Part shown: one piece after another, positions 54,498 through 64,000 of the stretch
Layout: every line of letters starts with the position of its first letter
Numbering within the stretch: the first letter of the stretch is position 1
IMG/VR virus record: IMGVR_UViG_3300010368_000009
Coordinates: 37,447-101,446 of that record
DNA: 64,000 bases
Reading direction: 5' to 3' (one strand)
Source: a virus
Made by a program: the position numbers and the translations under genes
Notes under the pieces: generated by a model
The model's database searches: none
Told to the model about the DNA's origin: nothing
The model's input: only the letters and a program-made list of their open reading frames with translations

Positions 54498-55310
54498 ATG
54501 GTAAATAAAAATAAAAACAAATCGGCCTATTCATTGGTTGAAGAAGTTGCTGCAATTATCAAATTCCAATTTATGGAAGATGAAGAATCTAAAAGCATTC
54601 TATTTGCTCAATATTCTAATTTGGTTCATATGCATGCTCATAGGATTTATGGCAAATCAATGAAATCATCTATCACCTTTAATGATCTTGTATCTGAAGG
54701 GTTCATCGGTCTATTGGTCGCCATGAAAAAACATAATGTATTTCGTTGTGACAAAATGTACCCAACCGCTAATTTCTATATTATCGAAAATATCAACTGT
54801 TACGTGATGGACGCCATGTCTATGACCCGTAATCTTTCTACAAATTCAAATGGTAGAAAGATGTTCCATAGATATGGAAAAACCCTAAATCAGTTAGGAT
54901 TTGAACCGCCCCTAAATATTCCACAAATTGAGGCGATGTCAGTTGAATTGTCTGTACCGGTGCGTGATATAGAGTTTATGGAATCCGTTTATGCAAACAA
55001 ATCAGTGTCTACCACTGATGATAGTATTATGAATCTCAGATCAGATCATGATCATGAAACCGTTGAGGATGATCTTGATAGTGTTCGCCTTATGTCACTA
55101 ATCAAAAACAAATACTTGCATAGATTGTCCGAAAAAGAACAAGACATTGCTAAACGCCGAATTCTCACAGATGATGCTGAGAACGCAAAGAAGATTGCTG
55201 ATGAATATGGAGTATCAACTTCATCCATCTACCAATTGGAAAAAAGAGTGAGCCAAAAACTTATATCAATGGCTCAAGAAGAAATGAAAATTAATATCAA
55301 GGCGGCATAG
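54498..55310 (+). CDS. sigma70-family sigma factor, RpoH-like and divergent
   Basis: Region 2 DLVSEGFIGLLVAMKK, RpoH-box-like GRKMFHRY, region 4 LSEKEQDIAKRR...KIADEYGVSTSSIYQLEKR. Confidence 0.78.
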   Translation: MVNKNKNKSAYSLVEEVAAIIKFQFMEDEESKSILFAQYSNLVHMHAHRIYGKSMKSSITFNDLVSEGFIGLLVAMKKHNVFRCDKMYPTANFYIIENINCYVMDAMSMTRNLSTNSNGRKMFHRYGKTLNQLGFEPPLNIPQIEAMSVELSVPVRDIEFMESVYANKSVSTTDDSIMNLRSDHDHETVEDDLDSVRLMSLIKNKYLHRLSEKEQDIAKRRILTDDAENAKKIADEYGVSTSSIYQLEKRVSQKLISMAQEEMKINIKAA

Positions 55311-55425
55311 AATGAATAAACTTATTGAAACAATAGTGTTCAAACTAAACTATTATGGTGGATATATTATTAGCGCTATACTAGTGGTGGGTGTAATATA
55401 TTTAAATGTAACTGTTGGTTGCTAA

Positions 55426-58413
55426 CTATACTGCTGGTGCTCTGGGTTCAGCAGCAACACCGGTTGTTCGCCATCTTTGAACATTCATTGATGGACAATC
55501 CTTGCGTTCAGCTGGATTTGAATACGACCCATTGAAATCTCTGTGACCCATTAATTCAGCGGTTGGATATCTACCTTCAAGTTCATCAAGTAGTGTTGAT
55601 AATGCGGCTAGCTGTACTGATCTGAAATTAGCAGCAGCGCGCCCTTCACTATCAATACCGCCAATCAAGCATATACCCAGTGATACATAGTTAACGCCAT
55701 CGGCACCAACGTGAATACCACGAACATTTTCCGGGCTACCAACACTGATACTTCCATCGTATTCAATTATATAATGATATCCAATACGCGACCAACCTCT
55801 AACTCCAACGTGATATCGTTCGATTGATTCTTTATTGTGATTAGGAGCTACAGGCGTAGCTGAACAATGAACTACCAAGTATCTAATGTCATCGGGATCA
55901 AGTACCAACCCTTCACGACTTGTTGATGTGCTACTACCAGCCGCCGATCTATCGGCAGGCGATGTAACACCGTGATCCGATGCTGATTTTTCACCAGCAC
56001 CAGTTGTTCCTACTGCTGGTGGAACAACTCGTCCTTCGGGTTTCCATGGTTCATGTTGTGGCACACGTTTTGCAGCATATGCTTGGTTTGATCCGGGTTG
56101 GGCAGTCTGTGCTTGACCAACGGATGGAGGACCGGGTAGTGGAGCTGTTGGGATTTTTGATGAACTGGCAGCACCGGTTAATGCATTATCAAGAACTCCA
56201 CCTAAATTGCCTATATCAATATTAGGCAAATCAATATTATTAAGCAGACCCGTCACATTTGCTAAGTCTATTCCTAATCCCGATAATCCACCCGACACAA
56301 GATTAGTTAATGCGGATGAACCAAGTGTTCCTATGCTGGAAATCATAGAAGAGATATTAGATGAATTATTAATAAGATCAAGAATCTGACCACCATGCTC
56401 ACGTCCGAATAATCCACGAGCATCATCTAATGTTAATCCACGCTCATTCAATATACCAAGCACCGAACTAATATCGGTTCCTCCGATATTCATTGATTCA
56501 ACATTGACACCAAGACGGTTGAATATATCGATTTGGCCCGCGTTGGGATTTTCTAATGTGCCAGTTAAACTATTCAAAACCGACGAAACGTTTACACGCG
56601 GCGCAGTAATAGAGGATAGTTGTGATACCAACGCGCCTGCTTCTGTTTCTGAAAGATTAGAAGTATTGATATTTGATAAGATACCCGTGGCCTGTTCTCT
56701 AAAGGAATTCAATTCAACTTTACCAAGTATCTGATTTACCTTGGATAATGCTGAACCCTTTGTTGCAATTTCTGCAAAGGCTGTTCCGATATCAGCACCA
56801 AACAGAGTTGTTGCATCAAACTGTGATATACCAGCAAGGTTTATGTTACTCAATACTTGTGTTAATCCAAGCGACGATATGTCGAAATCGGGTAACGATA
56901 ACCCCAAGTTGGATAGAATTCCGAGTTGTGAAATATTAGGGTTTTGTAATAGTTCAATAACTCCCTGTAATTGTGATGGTATATTAGAGATATCAATACC
57001 ATTTTGCGCAAGGGTACTTACCATACTCGATATTTCAGAAACATCGATGCCAACAGATGCCGCAATTGGGCCTAATGCCTCTACTGCACCAGAAAGAACA
57101 CCAGCATCTAACCCGCCTATTAAACTGGAAACATTAACCGAATTCACCATGTCTGTTATTTGACTAGAAGCACCACCCAACGCATTTAGAGTAGTTGCCA
57201 TTGCGGTGGATGATATTGCAAAACTTGGAAGAGATGCGACATCTGCTTCCATATAAACTTGAACACCGGAATCAATACCAACAATACCAGTTCCCCATGC
57301 CAGTAATTTTGATTTTGAACTAATAGATGTAGTTGATGTTGATAGAGTATCTAACCTACCTTGTGACACGAGTTTATAGTTACCAGTTGTGGCAATATCG
57401 TAAGTTCGACCTACATTAGTTTTCAGATAGCCATCAAAGGTTTGATCGGTATTACCGCCCACTTCTAATTTATAATCACCCGCAACCTTATGAATAAAAT
57501 CACCCGCAACATCTAAAATATAATCGCCGTCTGCCCGGACATTGATATCTGCTTCACTGTGAACAGAAATACTGCTTTTGGAATAAACATCAATCTTACC
57601 GTTGTCGGTAATCTCAACCCATGCATTTCCTTGACCGGTTGCTATATAAATGCTGTCTGATACATCAGAGAAGGTGATTTGATGACCACGTGACGTTCTG
57701 AAGCGGATACCCTGTTGTTCAGGAAGGTCGTCCATGATGAATGAGTGGCCCGGTACGCCATCCTTCGGGTGTCCGGGTGTCAGCATGCCAGCGACCTTTG
57801 ATGGGCTTTCACGGGCACTTCCTGACGTTCCAATGCCTCTGATGCGATCATTGGCTAAGCCAGCGTTCAGAATACGCTGTTGTAGATCATCCATCACCTT
57901 GCGGTCTTCGGTATTAGTTTGGGCTTTTTCAGAAACGGGTGCCGGGAATTCATGATTGGAAGAAATGGCACCGGGCACGCCGGGCACTTGGAAATTCTTT
58001 CGTGGTTTCGGTAAGCAACCAAGCCAAATGGCCATTGTTCCGTTGAGGAAACCAACAACTACAATATCACCCTTCCGTGGTTGTGGACCCCAAAAGCCAT
58101 ATGAGTTAGAAAACCCATCTTCGGAACCAAGTGAGTCCGTTGTTCCGAACGATGGCATCATTGGATAACACCAAATGAAACCAACATTGGCACCGTTTTC
58201 TTTCTTCTTACCAGCATATTCCGAAGACCCTGCCGAAAGGTCTGGTATGTTAACCAACACACGACCTTGCTTCTGTGGATCATAGTCATCTTCGACGGTC
58301 GCCCAATATAAACCATTGGTGCGTGCACTTGCTCTACGCTGTTCATCAAATATTTGACGATTGCGTTCCGAGAATCCAGTTTCACTAATAGGTCGTTTAA
58401 TATTTCTACTCAT
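55426..58413 (-). CDS. baseplate hub/spike protein (gp5-like) with C-terminal N-acetylmuramoyl-L-alanine amidase
   Basis: OB-fold DPQKQGRV; GHSFIMDD..IRFRTSRGHQI; beta repeats VAGD/VGGN; amidase VVHCSAT..GWSRIGYHY..GHRD..KDCP. Confidence 0.88.
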   Translation of the reverse strand: MSRNIKRPISETGFSERNRQIFDEQRRASARTNGLYWATVEDDYDPQKQGRVLVNIPDLSAGSSEYAGKKKENGANVGFIWCYPMMPSFGTTDSLGSEDGFSNSYGFWGPQPRKGDIVVVGFLNGTMAIWLGCLPKPRKNFQVPGVPGAISSNHEFPAPVSEKAQTNTEDRKVMDDLQQRILNAGLANDRIRGIGTSGSARESPSKVAGMLTPGHPKDGVPGHSFIMDDLPEQQGIRFRTSRGHQITFSDVSDSIYIATGQGNAWVEITDNGKIDVYSKSSISVHSEADINVRADGDYILDVAGDFIHKVAGDYKLEVGGNTDQTFDGYLKTNVGRTYDIATTGNYKLVSQGRLDTLSTSTTSISSKSKLLAWGTGIVGIDSGVQVYMEADVASLPSFAISSTAMATTLNALGGASSQITDMVNSVNVSSLIGGLDAGVLSGAVEALGPIAASVGIDVSEISSMVSTLAQNGIDISNIPSQLQGVIELLQNPNISQLGILSNLGLSLPDFDISSLGLTQVLSNINLAGISQFDATTLFGADIGTAFAEIATKGSALSKVNQILGKVELNSFREQATGILSNINTSNLSETEAGALVSQLSSITAPRVNVSSVLNSLTGTLENPNAGQIDIFNRLGVNVESMNIGGTDISSVLGILNERGLTLDDARGLFGREHGGQILDLINNSSNISSMISSIGTLGSSALTNLVSGGLSGLGIDLANVTGLLNNIDLPNIDIGNLGGVLDNALTGAASSSKIPTAPLPGPPSVGQAQTAQPGSNQAYAAKRVPQHEPWKPEGRVVPPAVGTTGAGEKSASDHGVTSPADRSAAGSSTSTSREGLVLDPDDIRYLVVHCSATPVAPNHNKESIERYHVGVRGWSRIGYHYIIEYDGSISVGSPENVRGIHVGADGVNYVSLGICLIGGIDSEGRAAANFRSVQLAALSTLLDELEGRYPTAELMGHRDFNGSYSNPAERKDCPSMNVQRWRTTGVAAEPRAPAV

Positions 58414-60643
58414 TTGTACTAACTCTATTTCCAGTAGGTGATGCTATTTCTTGGGATAATCTGTAACCCGTGAGCTTTTGATTATAAATCCCGCCTTCAA
58501 AACTATGTTCGACTGATATGATTTGGAAGAATCCACCATAATTTGCACTAAGCAGAATAGGTTTTGTTGTATCAGAGTCTTCATTCATATATTCGCTTTG
58601 GTCTGGATACAATAATTTCAAGTATATGATGTCTGTAGCCAAAGAACTTGCAACTTCATTTGTTGCATTTTCAATCATTTGGTTTTCATTAAGACTGTAT
58701 ATACTCGCTAACCATTGCGGGTCGCCTCTAATATCAAGTCCTTCAAGTTTTATTGACGAAACTCTTAAACTGTTTTCTAATCGTTCTTGATATAGGGCAT
58801 AACCAAATAGAACGTCATTGGGTACGGTTTCATCAGGAGTAGGCGTTGTTCGTGCATTTTGAATCATGTTCCGGTTCATATTACGACGAGACGGGAATAG
58901 ATTTCCAGATGCGGCTTCTTGAGTATTACCGTAAATTTCTGTTATGGTTTTATTAATGGAATTTTCCGAATATAGATTATACGTGGTGTTGTTATTTTGT
59001 TCACTTTCATTAAGAGATACTTCTGTCGAATTGTATCGAGGATCATCTTCCGGTCGTGGAGTAAGATGATTCCAAAATACATTAGCATTCAGTTGAAAAC
59101 TCTTGACTACAGTATTATCACCAGAGAAAACATATTTGTATACCTTCTTCAAGGCACCAGAGCCAATTATTTCAGATGCTCGTTCTCTTGCTGTACTACT
59201 CCAATTGGCTACACTACTTGTACCAGCCGGAGTATATCTATACTCTTTCTTCTTTTCTATATAATAATGAACTTTGACCTTAACCAAATCACCCCAAAAT
59301 CCCATATGCTCTTCGGATGCTTTACTATAATCTAATCGTGCTCTAACAGTATAAACTTCTCTTGGGTAATTATTGGTCATTAACGCGTTTCTACCTTCAG
59401 TAGTATACGTTATTTTATGAAACATATCTTCTCGGATTGATCGACTTCGTGCACTCAACCGGGAACTTGCCACACGTTCTTCATCGTTGCTGGTTTCAGG
59501 TAAGAAATCGAAAGGTTCATCCCGTAATTCGCTCGGGACATGAAAAATATATTTTCTCAATTGTACTTGATCGCCTTGCCAAACCGTTGATTGTTCGACC
59601 TGTGCTTGAATTTCTTCGGCATCATGTTGTCGGGATATTTGATAACCTATTGGTGGTGACCATTTGTAGAATTCGTTGAGATAATTTTGTAGTTCTGTAA
59701 TGTAATCACCAAACGTACTATTACCGTCACTTTCTGATAATTCCAAATCAGTTGGGTTCAGTGTATCATACTCAGGATACATAGCGATATCTTGAACAGG
59801 TAACATCTGTAGTTTATAACTAGTTGAGTTACCGTTGCTTAATTCAGCTTCGATTTGGATAATATGAACAAAGTAACTAAAACTTGTTTCAGTTGTATAA
59901 TGACCTTCGTTTAATATGGTTGTTTCGTGTGTGCTGTCCGGGTTACCGGGTAACTCTGGCGCGATAGATGGCGCATCACCCGAAGTTCCATGAGTGGTGG
60001 ATAATATTGGATACGGGTTAATCACGGGAATTCGTTCAACAAATTCCCCACTGCTTTCTTTATAACCTGAAAACCATATATCTAAACGAAAAATAAATCT
60101 GTTAGGTGGGAAGTATTGTGAATATCCAAGAGTAATTCCTGCTTCGCGTATTGTTCTATCTAACGAGAAACCATACGGTTCTTCAATATCCATACTGAAT
60201 ATAGCGGTGTTTGGTGTTTCTGGATTGACAGTGCTAAGTGAATTGATCGTCTTGAAATTCATAGTCTTGATAAAGAATTGAACAGGTGAAACCCTATCAC
60301 CATATTCTTCGGGGTTACCCCTTGTGGTATCAGACTTGGCAATAAAGAACCTGTTCCCTAATTCTTTCAGGGTTTCACTATCAGTTATTCCCTTATTTGC
60401 ATCACCAACTAAGCTAAGTTCAATGTTATATTTTGTGCTTACATAATCATCTAGTGTGTGCTTGTGGAGTATCTGATGAAGTAATCCTTCATTGTCTTCA
60501 CCAGACAAAATACCATCTGGATTTGATATATCAATTGAGTCACGCGATGGTGGAATCGGGTTTGATCGCCCGCCAACACTATCAGCGGTATCAGCGCCAC
60601 CGGTGATTCTGTTGATCAATGGGCCAAGATTAGGAAGAGGCAT
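58406..60643 (-). CDS. baseplate hub-like structural protein
   Basis: LDIRGDPQWL and GFFQIISVEHSFEGGIYNQKL C-terminus typical of hub proteins; located between gp53-like and gp5-like genes. Confidence 0.6.
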   Translation of the reverse strand: MPLPNLGPLINRITGGADTADSVGGRSNPIPPSRDSIDISNPDGILSGEDNEGLLHQILHKHTLDDYVSTKYNIELSLVGDANKGITDSETLKELGNRFFIAKSDTTRGNPEEYGDRVSPVQFFIKTMNFKTINSLSTVNPETPNTAIFSMDIEEPYGFSLDRTIREAGITLGYSQYFPPNRFIFRLDIWFSGYKESSGEFVERIPVINPYPILSTTHGTSGDAPSIAPELPGNPDSTHETTILNEGHYTTETSFSYFVHIIQIEAELSNGNSTSYKLQMLPVQDIAMYPEYDTLNPTDLELSESDGNSTFGDYITELQNYLNEFYKWSPPIGYQISRQHDAEEIQAQVEQSTVWQGDQVQLRKYIFHVPSELRDEPFDFLPETSNDEERVASSRLSARSRSIREDMFHKITYTTEGRNALMTNNYPREVYTVRARLDYSKASEEHMGFWGDLVKVKVHYYIEKKKEYRYTPAGTSSVANWSSTARERASEIIGSGALKKVYKYVFSGDNTVVKSFQLNANVFWNHLTPRPEDDPRYNSTEVSLNESEQNNNTTYNLYSENSINKTITEIYGNTQEAASGNLFPSRRNMNRNMIQNARTTPTPDETVPNDVLFGYALYQERLENSLRVSSIKLEGLDIRGDPQWLASIYSLNENQMIENATNEVASSLATDIIYLKLLYPDQSEYMNEDSDTTKPILLSANYGGFFQIISVEHSFEGGIYNQKLTGYRLSQEIASPTGNRVSTNE

Positions 60644-60927
60644 TAACTAATACTCTTCACGGTTTCGTAACTCGGTATGATGATCGATGCACCAGCTATG
60701 AAATCATAGATCGGGTCTTGCATTCCGTTTCGTTGTGGAATGATCCACCAAAGACTTGGATCACCATATAAATCCAACGCCATTAGATCAGGTGCATGTT
60801 CATATTTTTGATCAATGGTGATCACTGTATCAGAATCCCGCTTGGGAACGACCTTGTGTACATAGTATCCGAGAAAGCCTTTGCTTGTCGGTGTGTTTGT
60901 ATAAACGTGCTTTGAGTTTCTAATCAT
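60643..60927 (-). CDS. baseplate wedge gp53/LysM-like protein
   Basis: YEHAPDLMALDLYGDPSLWWII..RN...DPIYDF. Confidence 0.8.
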   Translation of the reverse strand: MIRNSKHVYTNTPTSKGFLGYYVHKVVPKRDSDTVITIDQKYEHAPDLMALDLYGDPSLWWIIPQRNGMQDPIYDFIAGASIIIPSYETVKSIS

Positions 60928-61565
60928 CGGTTTCTAATTAAGTTCCCATTTCTGAAATCGGAAAGACTGAAATCACTCTCACCGAGTCCACGCCAGTAGT
61001 TAGGGGAATGTTGCACGATTAATGAAATATCTCCAAGGTTTAATTTGGCTGGCAACCACGAATAATCACCACCGCCCGGATTTTCAACAGCTACCATATC
61101 AATGTCCTGATCCGACAAATTCATATTGAACCCCTTGAACAATACTGGGACTTTGTGAAACATATATTTCCCAAATGCACTGAAGTGCATGGGTGATGGT
61201 GGTCGGCCAGTCTTAGCAGTACCAAAATCCATCAATGAATAACTACGCATGAAGTGAATAGCAGCCAAGGCGTAACGAGCATTCTCCTTGGTATCACACG
61301 GGAAGATGACATTACCAATATTGATCTGTCTGTTGTCTGTCCCTCTATAAACATTGAATGCCTCATTGGTGTGCGGAATTTCCACACTGTCATAATTCAC
61401 CGCACCCGTTTCCGTAATATTCGGAGTGATCGGGAATATAAGACCACCTGTACGGTAAATCGGATTAAGCGGATGTGTCTCATCGCTTAGTTCACTGCTC
61501 AATAAACCAAAATCAAATGGGGTTAATTTTGCTGCGTCGGTTTCAATACTCATAGAAATTCTCAC
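60924..61565 (-). CDS. baseplate / tail-tube initiator-like protein
   Basis: LIFPITPNI..YD....HTN; GRPPSP..FSAFGKYMFHKVPV; first gene of the baseplate operon. Confidence 0.55.
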   Translation of the reverse strand: MRISMSIETDAAKLTPFDFGLLSSELSDETHPLNPIYRTGGLIFPITPNITETGAVNYDSVEIPHTNEAFNVYRGTDNRQINIGNVIFPCDTKENARYALAAIHFMRSYSLMDFGTAKTGRPPSPMHFSAFGKYMFHKVPVLFKGFNMNLSDQDIDMVAVENPGGGDYSWLPAKLNLGDISLIVQHSPNYWRGLGESDFSLSDFRNGNLIRNR

Positions 61566-61576
61566 TCTGATACGAA

Positions 61577-61593
61577 TATTTATGAAATAAATA
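61577..61593. promoter_or_regulatory. divergent T4-type late promoter boxes
   Basis: ATAAATA on the minus strand (61577-61583) and plus strand (61587-61593) between the baseplate operon and gp55. Confidence 0.55.
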
Positions 61594-61657
61594 CAGTAAA
61601 CCGTATGACTTATAGGAATATGTCATATTATTAGAGTATAAGCCTTGAGGATTCACC

Positions 61658-62275
61658 ATGAACGATACAAAGGACACGCCTACAGAAGTCATTTCGGAAG
61701 CTGCCGAAGACTTGAATACCAGCGAAGAAATCATCGCTGAACCAGTGATTACAGAAGAACCACCTAAGCCGAAACGCAAACGGCAGAAGGCGACTCACTA
61801 TATTAAAAATAATGAGATGCTTGACGAGGTTCGTAAAAGCAAAGCGCGATTGATTGAAAATCCTGATATGGGTGGACAAGCCATCACGCCTAAATTGGCT
61901 GACATGTTTGTTAGGTTGGTTCATCACTATGCAACTAGACAGAACTGGTCTGGTTATTCATATCTTGATGAACTCAAGGGTGAAGCCTTGGTCAACTTGG
62001 TCAACAAGTGGCATAAATTTGATTGCGACCGGTTCGATAAACCATTCGCTTATTATTCTATACTGGTTGAACGATCCTTTAAGGGTCAAATCCAAAAGGA
62101 AAAGAAACCGCAGCGTGTTAGAGATTCTATCATAACATCACGCGGTGAGATGCCTTCGTTTGGTGCACAAGAAGAATATGAAAAAGAATGGAAGGAAAAT
62201 GTGGATGCAAAAGATGCATACGATTCCAACCAGAATGATCGCTTCAATGAACCGAGGGTAACCAATGACGATTGA
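61658..62275 (+). CDS. late-transcription sigma factor (T4 gp55-like)
   Basis: HYIKNNEML, NWSGYSYLDELKGEAL, KFD...KPFAYYS...FKGQIQKEKK; upstream of the gp47-like gene as in T4-like phages. Confidence 0.88.
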   Translation: MNDTKDTPTEVISEAAEDLNTSEEIIAEPVITEEPPKPKRKRQKATHYIKNNEMLDEVRKSKARLIENPDMGGQAITPKLADMFVRLVHHYATRQNWSGYSYLDELKGEALVNLVNKWHKFDCDRFDKPFAYYSILVERSFKGQIQKEKKPQRVRDSIITSRGEMPSFGAQEEYEKEWKENVDAKDAYDSNQNDRFNEPRVTNDD

Positions 62276-62846
62276 AAATGCTTTTCAACCATTGATCATG
62301 GAACGGGTTATGCTAGCATTGCGTAACCTACTGAATACAGAAAAGCTCGTCATCACCGATGTGGGCACCTATGATGGCAAGAATGTTGTCATAGGTGCCC
62401 GTACTGGTACGATAACAATCCCGTTCGCATTATACTTCAATCAGACACCGACTGTGTATGCAGGGTCAATGAAGACAGGATGGTTTCCTAAATCGCATTA
62501 CATCATTGATAAGTCCGAACATCCCCCATTCAATTATGATGGGTCATTGGTTCGCTTTGAAGAATGTCTACCAAACAAATTTCAACTCAAAGACGAAACC
62601 GAAGATTTGTTAGGATACAAAGCCACTAATAAATTCAAACATATGCATCGTGATAGATGGCACCGTGTGTCTATATCGACAAAGGATTTGGTTGCAGCAG
62701 TACGAGATAACAAAATTCGTAACCTGTGGTCATGGACTTATGAGATTAACATGAACAACGTAACTGGCACGAATGTCATATATTGTAGGAAGAAGCGTGA
62801 CGCTGCCGCTCTAATGAAAGATGATGATCATGAAGTCGTTCGATGA
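62265..62846 (+). CDS. hypothetical protein
   Basis: Coupled ORF. Confidence 0.65.
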   Translation: MTIENAFQPLIMERVMLALRNLLNTEKLVITDVGTYDGKNVVIGARTGTITIPFALYFNQTPTVYAGSMKTGWFPKSHYIIDKSEHPPFNYDGSLVRFEECLPNKFQLKDETEDLLGYKATNKFKHMHRDRWHRVSISTKDLVAAVRDNKIRNLWSWTYEINMNNVTGTNVIYCRKKRDAAALMKDDDHEVVR

Positions 62847-63294
62847 CGAACCCAGAACCATTCAGGAATTAGCCGAATTCATTGAAACGATTCATAGTGA
62901 CAATCGCAGTGATTGGATGTGGACCAGCAAAGACGCAATGATGTGTCAATGGAAATTCGCTCAAGGGGATTCAGACACCAATGTGTTATTGGTTTATGCA
63001 CTATCCGCGTTGCCTAATGACGATGAACCAATCAATCCAAAGAACATCATCACTTATTATTTTGATCGTTCTGGTAGAGCAGTTGACAGAGCGAGGGGTA
63101 AATTGGTTGATCGCCTGTCAACGATGTTAGAGCATATTGATCAATTAGAATACGTCAATTGTTCTGATACCGAGAGCGAAGACTTGTTTAGTGATGATCC
63201 TATGTTGATTACTGAATTCCGATTCGGTTTTAAGGATGTGAATTTTGTATTAGAAGTTAATCAGAAAAATAATCAATTCATGAAGGGCGAGTGA
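62830..63294 (+). CDS. hypothetical protein
   Basis: Coupled ORF. Confidence 0.65.
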   Translation: MKSFDDEPRTIQELAEFIETIHSDNRSDWMWTSKDAMMCQWKFAQGDSDTNVLLVYALSALPNDDEPINPKNIITYYFDRSGRAVDRARGKLVDRLSTMLEHIDQLEYVNCSDTESEDLFSDDPMLITEFRFGFKDVNFVLEVNQKNNQFMKGE

Positions 63295-63545
63295 TGAGCC
63301 TGTTTTCCACTCTGGATGAATTAGATGCATTCAATAATCGGTTGGTCAATCCAATACGAAATATCGATCATATGAGTACAAAGGCCGGTGTTCTCGGTCA
63401 GATAAACGAAAGCAAAACCGTTGATCCGTCTCGGTTAATGCATAAAGTAGTAATAGCATCAAGACCTGATCGAGAATCCATAGAACTGTTTGCAGAAGAA
63501 TGGTTCATTCGCGATAACTTGGTGTTTGTTTCAAAGGTAAGATGA
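63291..63545 (+). CDS. hypothetical protein
   Basis: Coupled ORF. Confidence 0.6.
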   Translation: MMSLFSTLDELDAFNNRLVNPIRNIDHMSTKAGVLGQINESKTVDPSRLMHKVVIASRPDRESIELFAEEWFIRDNLVFVSKVR

Positions 63546-64000
63546 TGACACCATTATTTAAAAAAGCTGCATCGTTCTCTGATATTCACTTCGGTGAAGA
63601 CGGCGATTCAAAACATCATAACGAATTATGTTTGACATTTGTCAAGTGGTTCATCAAACAATGTAAACTCAATGGTGTATCCCATATCTTCTTCATGGGT
63701 GATTGGCATCATGCTCGTTCCAAGGTTGGCTCCGAAACTCTAAAGTATTCATACGAGGGAACCAAACTACTAAACGATTGTGGCATCCCTGTATACTTCA
63801 TGATCGGTAACCATGATCTATTCTATAGAGACAATAGATCAGTGCATTCGTTACCATGGCTTGCCAGCATGTCTAACATCACCGTTGTAGATAATCCTAC
63901 CTTGGTCGGTGATACGCTGATGGTGCCGTGGATATGTCCCGGTGATGACCTATCTGTGATAGCTCAATCAAAAGCCAAATATGCTTTTGGTCATTTCGAA
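63542..64000 (+). CDS. recombination endonuclease subunit (gp47/Mre11-SbcD-like), truncated by the window end
   Basis: Manual translation gives FSDIHFG, MGDWHH, IGNHD, FGHFE metallophosphoesterase motifs. Confidence 0.9.
   Translation, partial: MMTPLFKKAASFSDIHFGEDGDSKHHNELCLTFVKWFIKQCKLNGVSHIFFMGDWHHARSKVGSETLKYSYEGTKLLNDCGIPVYFMIGNHDLFYRDNRSVHSLPWLASMSNITVVDNPTLVGDTLMVPWICPGDDLSVIAQSKAKYAFGHFE

Overview
64 kb of a large lytic myovirus of the T4 superfamily, probably jumbo-sized. The window carries a gp55-like late sigma factor, a gp47-like nuclease, gp5/gp6/gp25/gp53-like baseplate genes, PAAR, rIIA/rIIB and a 4522-aa tail fibre. A tandem MucR/Ros protein suggests an alphaproteobacterial host (inference). 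Accessory genes include NAD salvage (NadM-Nudix plus NAMPT), Pth2, two HNH nucleases, a DEDDh exonuclease, an ATP-grasp protein, an RpoH-like sigma factor and 8 tRNAs. The most striking content is non-coding. (1) A Ro60/TROVE gene is preceded by a tandem array of five Y-RNA-like genes that share a bulged-C Ro-binding helix and a UUAUC motif. Three are 68-83 nt minimal forms and two carry circularly permuted tRNAs, one with an intact Thr(UGU) anticodon arm and one with CCA in a closed acceptor loop. (2) A ~1.6 kb region with no credible ORFs (19.1-20.7 kb) has a sigma70 promoter and an rrn-like hairpin plus boxA leader. It is followed by a ~570-nt structured RNA and seven stem-closed modules, five of which keep a tRNA T-arm but have rewired D or anticodon arms. 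(3) A second small structured-RNA cluster lies at 22.2-22.65 kb. Promoter boxes placed in hairpin loops recur across the window. All calls come from reading the sequence by eye; no searches or folding programs were run.
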